DNA of 60,965 bases from an uncultured virus (IMG/VR IMGVR_UViG_3300038427_000461). Taxonomy: Duplodnaviria > Heunggongvirae > Uroviricota > Caudoviricetes. The stretch lies in the IMG/VR virus record IMGVR_UViG_3300038427_000461; one strand, written 5' to 3'. The notes beneath the pieces were generated by a model. That model did not search any database, had not been told where the DNA came from, and saw only the letters and a list, made by a program, of their open reading frames with translations. A program made the translations under genes and the position numbers. How positions within the stretch are numbered: the stretch's first letter is position 1; each line of letters begins with the position of its first letter. Below are positions 54,551 through 60,965 of this stretch, piece by piece.

Positions 54551-55438
54551 TCAGCCCCGGGGCTTCTTCTTCGCCGACGCGATGGCCGCGATCGTCCCGC
54601 CCACGACGACCGCGACGCCGGCGCCGATGCCGACCTTCGCGGGCAGCGAGAGTGCGGTCAGCTTGGCCAGCCACCCGCCGCAGTTCAGTACGCCGGGGTA
54701 CGGGGTCGTGAAGTCGGCGGGGTGCTGCCCGGTGACGAGGACGAGCGCGCACGCGGTCCGCTCGTCGAGCGTGCCGTCGGTGCGGAGCGACCCGCCCACG
54801 TTCGTGTTGAACCAGCCCTGGAAGCACCCCACGGCGGCGGGCATCTTCGAGATGGCGGTCGCGTCGTCCTTGAGGAGGTCCGCGGGCCATGTCGCGCAGG
54901 GGGCGTTGCCGGCCTTGACGATGAGCGCGTTCAACTGAATGAGCGTGGACGCGACCCAGTGCGACTCGGCGTCCGAGAGCCTGGACCAGATCCCGGGCGG
55001 CGCGGATGCCTTGGTCGGCGCCGGCGCCGGCGACGGTCCTACAGCCGGGACCTGCCCGAGTGCGCCGACACGCACACCACCGCGATGAACCGCCTCGCCG
55101 ACGCCGGCCGTTCTGACACATGGCCGGTCGCCGATGCAGAGCGATTGCTGCGTCCACATGGGCACCATCGCCCCTTGGTGGTCGGTGGCCTTGTCGAGGA
55201 CGTTCTCCTTCCACCAGCAGCCCGCCGCGCGGATCCCGGGGTCGGTCGGGCCCTGGACGGGGACGTCCGTGACCCAGTCGCCGTAGGTGCCGTTCTGGCG
55301 CATGATCTCGGCCGCCTGCGCCGGGGTCGGCGACAACCGATCGAGGACTTTGCGCGCGGGGACGATGACTTGTGAGGTGTTCCCGCCTCCGCACCCGCCT
55401 CCGCACCCGCCGACTCCGGTCGCGTTTCGGTTCGTCAT
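54551..55438 (-). CDS. Membrane-anchored protein with a peptidoglycan-binding-like domain
   Basis: TGATG overlap; VGCFQGWFN..LRTDGTLDERTACAL; TM AKVGIGAGVAVVVG. Confidence 0.75.
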   Translation of the reverse strand: MTNRNATGVGGCGGGCGGGNTSQVIVPARKVLDRLSPTPAQAAEIMRQNGTYGDWVTDVPVQGPTDPGIRAAGCWWKENVLDKATDHQGAMVPMWTQQSLCIGDRPCVRTAGVGEAVHRGGVRVGALGQVPAVGPSPAPAPTKASAPPGIWSRLSDAESHWVASTLIQLNALIVKAGNAPCATWPADLLKDDATAISKMPAAVGCFQGWFNTNVGGSLRTDGTLDERTACALVLVTGQHPADFTTPYPGVLNCGGWLAKLTALSLPAKVGIGAGVAVVVGGTIAAIASAKKKPRG

Positions 55439-56319
55439 CACGGCACGTCCTCTCCAAGATTCTCGTCGAAGACGAGCGACCCCGCAATACGCCCGTACTG
55501 CGCCGACGCGCAGAACGAGAGTAGGAACTGGTCCTCGGGACTGAGCGCCGCGAGCTGGCAAGGGTTCAGGATCCCGGCGCACGGGTTGGTCAGCGGGTCG
55601 TTCTGCCGGACGCTCGCGAAGAACGCGACGTCGCACGGCAGCGGCACGGGGATGTCGAGCATCTGCTCGAGGTAGCCGGTGCGCCAGCGGTACCGCATGT
55701 CGTGCATGTTGCCGAGACTCACACTCCCGAGCGACTTGCCCCACGGGCGGCCGCCGTTCGGCGGCTTGTACGCGGTCGGTGCGAACTGCGGGCCCGCGAA
55801 GGTCTCGTACAGCAGGGCCGGTCCGTAGCTGTCTCGGAACACGAGGCTGTCCGCGTTCTGGACGTTGCGCGTTGATTGCCACGTCCTCGGAATGAGCATC
55901 ACGGACCAGGAGATGTTCCCGTCGGGCGGGTGCCAGAGTGGGCTCTCGATCTCCTTGCGGAAGACCGTAGCCGGGGCTCCGTCGGTACCGGCGACCGTCG
56001 CGTTCAGCTCCGCGTACATGCGGATGCCGGTGAGCCGCACCCCCTGCTCACCGGAGTTGAACTGCTCACGGGCGAGCAGGAAGAGGTACCGGTACTGCGA
56101 CGGCGATGCTCCGGCCGGGACCAGTGAGCCTGTCGGAGTTGAAGGAACGAGGAGACCAGTACCTACCGGCGCACCGTACGGGTCACTGCTGAGCAGCTCG
56201 ACGTACGGATCGAGTGTGGCGGGGACGATCTCGTGGCGACCAGAGAGCAGGCGCGTGCGCAAGCCCGCGGCGACTCCGCCGGGGTAGTCCCGAAGCTCTA
56301 GGATTTTAGCTTCCGGCAC
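55438..56319 (-). CDS. Putative virion structural protein
   Basis: Beta-rich 293-aa protein in the capsid cluster. Confidence 0.7.
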   Translation of the reverse strand: MPEAKILELRDYPGGVAAGLRTRLLSGRHEIVPATLDPYVELLSSDPYGAPVGTGLLVPSTPTGSLVPAGASPSQYRYLFLLAREQFNSGEQGVRLTGIRMYAELNATVAGTDGAPATVFRKEIESPLWHPPDGNISWSVMLIPRTWQSTRNVQNADSLVFRDSYGPALLYETFAGPQFAPTAYKPPNGGRPWGKSLGSVSLGNMHDMRYRWRTGYLEQMLDIPVPLPCDVAFFASVRQNDPLTNPCAGILNPCQLAALSPEDQFLLSFCASAQYGRIAGSLVFDENLGEDVP

Positions 56320-56329
56320 GCTGGCTCAC

Positions 56330-56926
56330 CTAACTGAAAATCAGGTCGAGATCTGGCGAATCAATACCCAGCTTGCGGAGGCGGCAGCGGCACTCAGCGT
56401 CCGACAGATCCTCAACCGACTTGTCGAGGAGCTGGAGTCCGAGGAACGTGATCGTCACGTCGAACGGCACGCTCACCGGCGTCTGCGTGAGGATGGCGCT
56501 CACTTTCACGTTGGACTGTTTATATAGCGGCCAACCGTTCGGCCACGTGACCGCGAACACGTCGAAGACGTTGCCGAGGTCCGTCGGGGGATCCATGCAT
56601 GAATATTTCGGACCGCCGTATACATCCACCTTGATGGCGACACCCGTCTTGCCGCTCTGCTTCAACTGGTTGAAGTAGGTCGACTGGAGCGGCGACCCTG
56701 GGAAGCTGTTCTGCTGAAACAGGTTGTACGAGACGCGCTGGATGAGCGTGTCCTGCGTGAGGTTGTTGTCGAAGCTCGCCACGATGGGCGGCGCGTCGAC
56801 CGCGCTCGACGTGAACTGGATCGGGATGTCGACGACGAACGGTACGCGCGGCACGCCGATGACCAGGCCGTAGGCCAGCTTGGGCATGAAGAGGGCCAAA
56901 TTCTTGATGTCCAGTTCCGGCTTCAT
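56330..56926 (-). CDS. Putative virion structural protein (single beta-sandwich size)
   Basis: GGAG RBS before MKPELD; alternating beta patterns. Confidence 0.7.
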   Translation of the reverse strand: MKPELDIKNLALFMPKLAYGLVIGVPRVPFVVDIPIQFTSSAVDAPPIVASFDNNLTQDTLIQRVSYNLFQQNSFPGSPLQSTYFNQLKQSGKTGVAIKVDVYGGPKYSCMDPPTDLGNVFDVFAVTWPNGWPLYKQSNVKVSAILTQTPVSVPFDVTITFLGLQLLDKSVEDLSDAECRCRLRKLGIDSPDLDLIFS

Positions 56927-56930
56927 TTGC

Positions 56931-57662
56931 TTACTCCAGGGTACCAGTCGCGTTTGACGGTTTCGCGAACGGCAAAACATTCGACGTTTCGCGTTCCGCG
57001 TGACGGACGACCTTCAGGCTCATCTGAATGAGTTCGTTGCTGGTTCTCGCCCGTTTGAAGTAGTTGACCTCTTTGGTCACCCACTGGAGATTACTCTTGC
57101 CGTTAGCTCCACCACGGCATCGAGGGAGTATGTGATCGATGGATGCGTTCTGGCCCGGGATCAGTTTTTCTCCGGTAAGAGCGCAGATGCCGGCCTGTTC
57201 CTTCCAGAGAGATTCGAGGGTTTCAACGCCACCGTTCTTGAACGTCAGTCCGTACTTGTGGCCAATGTCCAGCAGCCAGTGATCGAAACAGAACCGTCCA
57301 CAAGTCGCTAGATCCGAGCACGTGACGCAGATCCCTTTTGCGATTTTTCGCTTAGCCGTGCGCGCTTTCGACGCAGACCGTGCAGCTCTTTGTTCCGGAT
57401 TGACGTGTCTTTGACGATCGCGCTCGCGCTCCTTCACGAGACGTGCCTCCCTGTCTGAAGGCGACATGGATGCGCGCTTCTCTCTCGCGTATTCGAGCAA
57501 CGCTTCCTTATCTGAAGGCGACATGGAGGCGTACTTCTTTTTCGCGTACTCGCGCGAGCGATCTCGATACGCATTCATGTCTGAAGGCGACATGGACGCA
57601 AGCTTCCTTCTCGCGCGCTCGCGCGATTGGTCTCTGTTGCGTTGAATCGCTTCCGGACTCAT
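56931..57662 (-). CDS. HNH endonuclease with N-terminal helical repeats
   Basis: Repeated MSPSD units; CALTG..SIDHILPRCRGG..NLQWV...N.FK; lower GC. Confidence 0.85.
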   Translation of the reverse strand: MSPEAIQRNRDQSRERARRKLASMSPSDMNAYRDRSREYAKKKYASMSPSDKEALLEYAREKRASMSPSDREARLVKERERDRQRHVNPEQRAARSASKARTAKRKIAKGICVTCSDLATCGRFCFDHWLLDIGHKYGLTFKNGGVETLESLWKEQAGICALTGEKLIPGQNASIDHILPRCRGGANGKSNLQWVTKEVNYFKRARTSNELIQMSLKVVRHAERETSNVLPFAKPSNATGTLE

Positions 57663-57676
57663 CGATCTCGATCTCC

Positions 57677-57725
57677 AAAAACGTTGCGGGCGGACGCGGG
57701 AGACCCCACGTCCGCCCGCACAACG
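57677..57725 (-). terminator. Rho-independent terminator after the capsid candidate
   Basis: GCGGGCGGACG/CGTCCGCCCGC stem followed by TTTTT on the minus strand. Confidence 0.8.
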
Positions 57726-57745
57726 GCGTTGCCGTCAGTTCGCGA

Positions 57746-59041
57746 TCAGCCCGCGTGCGCCGCCAGCCCGCGGATGCCCTTGTCCGCGCAGTACGACTTC
57801 CACCCGCCAGGCATCTCCCAGCCCTTGATCTTGATGCCGAGCTTGAAGATGCCGCCCTTGAAGGTCTGGCGGTTGACGTTGACTTGCTGCGAGACGAGGA
57901 ACGGCGCCGTCGCGTCGAGCGTCTGCTCCAGCATGACGACGGGAACGGAGAACGGGGTGTTGGAGATGGTGACGTCGCTGACGTTCACGTCCGGCACGAT
58001 GTTGAAACCGAACGGCTCGTTGTCGATCGTCATGGACTCGATCATCTGCGCCTGGTGCACGGCATCCTGCGCGATGAAAATCATGCCGATCGGGATTCCG
58101 CGCTCGAGGAAGCACGGGCTCTCGACGGGCCGGTACATCTGCCCGCGGCAGCCGTACCCCTGCCACCGGAGACCGCCCCAGGTGACGGGCGCGAGGTCGA
58201 AGTCGCGCGTCGGGTGGAAGACGCCGACGTTGAAGCTCGTCGAGCTGGTGCCGGCGCCCACGCTGCCGACCCGCCGGAAGTTGACGGGCAGGAAGATCGT
58301 CGCGGAGTCCTGCGCGCGGTACTGCGCGTTGACCAGAGCGACGAACTCGATGATGGGCAGCTCGCTCGTGCCGCTCGCCTCGGCGTCCGCGAAGGACCCG
58401 AAGTACGAGATGTCGGCCGCCAGCTCGTTGAGCACCAGCTCGCGCTGGGACGTTTTCCACTGGAACTGGTACGCGTTGATGAAGTTCCAGCCCGCCCTCC
58501 ACGTGGCCGCGCCCCACTCGAAGACGGCGGGAGAGAAAGCCTGGTTGTCGCCGCCGATCCCTGGGTAGACACCGATCCCCATCGCGCCGGAGTTGTAGTC
58601 GTTGAGCGTCCACACATCGGGCGACGGCGGGGGCACCGAAGTGGTCGACGGTGCCGCCCATGCGTTGCCGATCGTGGAGAACGACGTCGGCTCGCAGAAG
58701 ACGTGCACGCCGATGCCCTGCGCCAGGATGTCCGTCTGGAGGATCCCGTTGATGAGGAACGTCGAGTCGATCGACGCGACGCCGGGGACCGCGCTCGACC
58801 CGCTGAGCGGGTTGACCGTGTCGCCGAACGTCGTCTGCGCCTGCTCCGCCGTCAGCGGGAGCGGGATCGTCCAGACCACCTCCTCGACCACGGGCACGTT
58901 GCCGAACCCGCAGCGCAGGCACTTCTGCCCGGCCGCGTCGTCGCCCGGCGTGGCGCCCAGGCCAAAGGGTACGCGCATGACCTTCTCGCGCGACTCTCCA
59001 CCGTACTTGATCGACTTCTTGCTCAGCAGGTTCCTTGCCAT
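57746..59041 (-). CDS. Major capsid protein candidate (fold unassigned)
   Basis: 431 aa, beta-rich, strong codon bias, followed by a terminator, heads the structural cluster; no HK97 motif recognised. Confidence 0.55.
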   Translation of the reverse strand: MARNLLSKKSIKYGGESREKVMRVPFGLGATPGDDAAGQKCLRCGFGNVPVVEEVVWTIPLPLTAEQAQTTFGDTVNPLSGSSAVPGVASIDSTFLINGILQTDILAQGIGVHVFCEPTSFSTIGNAWAAPSTTSVPPPSPDVWTLNDYNSGAMGIGVYPGIGGDNQAFSPAVFEWGAATWRAGWNFINAYQFQWKTSQRELVLNELAADISYFGSFADAEASGTSELPIIEFVALVNAQYRAQDSATIFLPVNFRRVGSVGAGTSSTSFNVGVFHPTRDFDLAPVTWGGLRWQGYGCRGQMYRPVESPCFLERGIPIGMIFIAQDAVHQAQMIESMTIDNEPFGFNIVPDVNVSDVTISNTPFSVPVVMLEQTLDATAPFLVSQQVNVNRQTFKGGIFKLGIKIKGWEMPGGWKSYCADKGIRGLAAHAG

Positions 59042-59124
59042 TTGCGTTCTCTCTTTCGGTGTCCCGCCGGTTCTTGGTCCGCTGCGGGATGTTGTGGACT
59101 GGGTCTTCGTGGAGTGGGTGGGGT

Positions 59125-60965
59125 TCAGTTCAGGACGAACAACTGGTCGGGCTCGTCTTCGTCACCGACGAAGCCGAGGTACGGGCTGTCCTCCAGGGCG
59201 CAGCCGCAATCCGAGTTCGCCGGCTGCGGTCCGTTCGGGACCGGGAGCCTGGGCGGCCCCACCTGGAGGTGACGCGGGGGGTTCCCCACGCCGGCAGTGC
59301 CCGGAGGCGGCACGGCGGCGGGGTGGTCCGCCGTCGCTGTCGCAGCGGTTGCCGCAGCCTTCACGGCGGCTTGCACTGCGGGGTGTCCGGCGACCGCCGG
59401 GTGGTTGGCGGCGCCAGCCTGCGCCGCCTGCGTGGCGGCCGCGTGGACTTCGGCCGTCGGTGTTCCAGGCGGGGCTGCCGACGCCGCCTGCGCGGCCTTG
59501 TCGGCGACCGCCTTCACGGCCGCCTGCACGGCGGGCTTGCCCGCGTCGGGGTGAGGAGCGGCTGCCGCTTCGGCCGCGTGCGTCGCGGCTGCGACGACCG
59601 CGGCGGGGTGAGCGCCGGCGTGGGCGCGCTCCCAGTCCTGTCGCTCCTGCTCGTGCCACTCCGCCTCGGTGCGGCTCCAGCTCGGGGGCGGCGGGGACGG
59701 CGCGAACTCGATGACAGGCAGTGGCACCGTCACGGGCGGTGCTGGCGGCGCGGCCGGCGCGGCGGGCAGGCCCGGCGCGGCGGGCGGCAGGACCCCCGTC
59801 GTCTCGATCATCCGGACGATGTGGGGGTTGGCGGCGCTCGCGCACTCTTGCGCGAGTGCGCGTCGGATCTGCGGCATCGCGCGCTCGAACGCTCGCACGA
59901 GGTCGCACGGTTCGGCCGCCGCGAACGCCGTCGCGTTGACGGCGTTCTCGAGCGGCATGTCCGGGACGGTGGCCGCCACGGACTGCACGGCGTCGGCGAA
60001 CGCCTCACCGAGGCCCGGCTGGCCCGGGTAACCGCTCGACGCGGGACCCCCGGCCCCGATCCCGAGAGCCTGCTGCACGGTCGGGTACCGGTCGTAGGTG
60101 ATCTCCCGACCGCTCTTCGGTCGCCACTCGTGCCGCTCGCGCATGTGCACGGGCGTGGGCGACGCCGCCGGCGGCTCGGGCGGAGGGGGAGACGGGGGCA
60201 GCCCGGCGGCGGCGCGCTTGCCGTGCCACTCGCGCCACTCGTGCTCCGGCGCGTCGTGCTCGGGAGCCGGCACGCCCTCGGCCGCTCGCGCGGTCAGCCA
60301 CTCGCCGTGCTCACCCGGGTGACGGGCGTGTGCGTGCATCCGGGCCACGTGCGGGTGCAGGTGCCGCGCGGTCTCGTGCAGGACCCTGCGGTCGACGTGC
60401 GGCAGCGCGCGCTGCAGCGCCTGCGTGAGGTCGTGCGGCTCGGCGGCCGCGTGCATCGCCGCGTTGACGGCGTGCGCGGGGTGCACCCCGGTCTTGGCCG
60501 CGATGGTCTGCGCCATGTCCTCGACCGCGTCGCCGACGCCGCGCAGGCCCCAGCGGTGGTGCTCGCCCCAGCGGGCCGGCCACGCCGGTTGGATGGGAGC
60601 CGGGGGTGCAAAACCACCTCCGTCGGGGAGGACAAGACCACCACCGTCGGGGAGAACACCTCCGTCGGGCGGAGCTGGCGGGGCGACCATCTGCGGCCAC
60701 GGGGACGGGGTCACCCACTCGCGGTGCTCGCGACGCAAGAAGCGGTCGGCGAGCGCGAACGGACCGGCGTCCCTGCTCTCGGAGCCGCCCGAGAGCGTGC
60801 CGGCCGTGCTGGCGGCGCCGCCGCTCGAGACTGCGGCCTTGCCGGCCTTCATGTTGAGGGCCGCCGAGACCTCGGAGGGGTAGAGGCGCGCGATCCAGCT
60901 CTTCTGGAGTGCGGGGACGCTCGTGTCCTTGCCGGTGAGCATCGGCATCAGCAGGGAGGACCAGA
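59125..60965 (-). CDS. Large low-complexity virion/core protein, start lies outside the window
   Basis: Frame open to the window end; internal ~65-aa duplication; Ala/Pro/His-rich. Confidence 0.75.
   Translation of the reverse strand, partial: WSSLLMPMLTGKDTSVPALQKSWIARLYPSEVSAALNMKAGKAAVSSGGAASTAGTLSGGSESRDAGPFALADRFLRREHREWVTPSPWPQMVAPPAPPDGGVLPDGGGLVLPDGGGFAPPAPIQPAWPARWGEHHRWGLRGVGDAVEDMAQTIAAKTGVHPAHAVNAAMHAAAEPHDLTQALQRALPHVDRRVLHETARHLHPHVARMHAHARHPGEHGEWLTARAAEGVPAPEHDAPEHEWREWHGKRAAAGLPPSPPPPEPPAASPTPVHMRERHEWRPKSGREITYDRYPTVQQALGIGAGGPASSGYPGQPGLGEAFADAVQSVAATVPDMPLENAVNATAFAAAEPCDLVRAFERAMPQIRRALAQECASAANPHIVRMIETTGVLPPAAPGLPAAPAAPPAPPVTVPLPVIEFAPSPPPPSWSRTEAEWHEQERQDWERAHAGAHPAAVVAAATHAAEAAAAPHPDAGKPAVQAAVKAVADKAAQAASAAPPGTPTAEVHAAATQAAQAGAANHPAVAGHPAVQAAVKAAATAATATADHPAAVPPPGTAGVGNPPRHLQVGPPRLPVPNGPQPANSDCGCALEDSPYLGFVGDEDEPDQLFVLN

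Larger units (their letters stand above)
1..60965. mobile_element. Part of a large high-GC bacterial virus / phage-plasmid genome; both ends lie outside the window
   Basis: Replication, early-gene, recombinase and virion modules; dense small ORFs with ATGA/GTGA/TGATG overlaps; no host core genes. Confidence 0.9.

Noticed and set aside
1..60965. Specific host assignment (e.g. Myxococcota)
   Set aside because: High GC and gene style are only suggestive; homology or spacer matches are needed

Overview
The whole window looks like part of one large, high-GC bacterial virus or phage-plasmid. No host housekeeping genes, att junctions or element ends are visible. From left to right it holds: (1) a replication module with an SF2 helicase, a PD-(D/E)XK nuclease, an RHH regulator, a primase-polymerase/VapE fusion and a downstream GTCACC iteron cluster (likely ori); (2) an atypical tRNA-Arg(ACG) heading a two-gene operon; (3) two long divergent, translationally coupled arrays of small early genes from a back-to-back promoter at about 17.85 kb; (4) a junction region with a palindromic direct-repeat site, a candidate cloverleaf-like structured ncRNA, and a Cre-like tyrosine recombinase with an upstream crossover-like site; (5) a minus-strand virion module. 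The virion module shows no recognisable terminase, portal, HK97 capsid or tail genes. It encodes a beta-rich capsid candidate followed by a strong terminator, many membrane-anchored proteins, a membrane-anchored lysozyme, three repeat-shaft fibres, a penton/spike-like paralogue pair as in PRD1 P31/P5, and a glycosyltransferase plus methyltransferase. A recurring G[VL]G motif marks domain boundaries in these proteins. The best reading, which is an inference, is an undescribed large tailless, membrane-containing virus. All product calls come from motif reading, not database searches.
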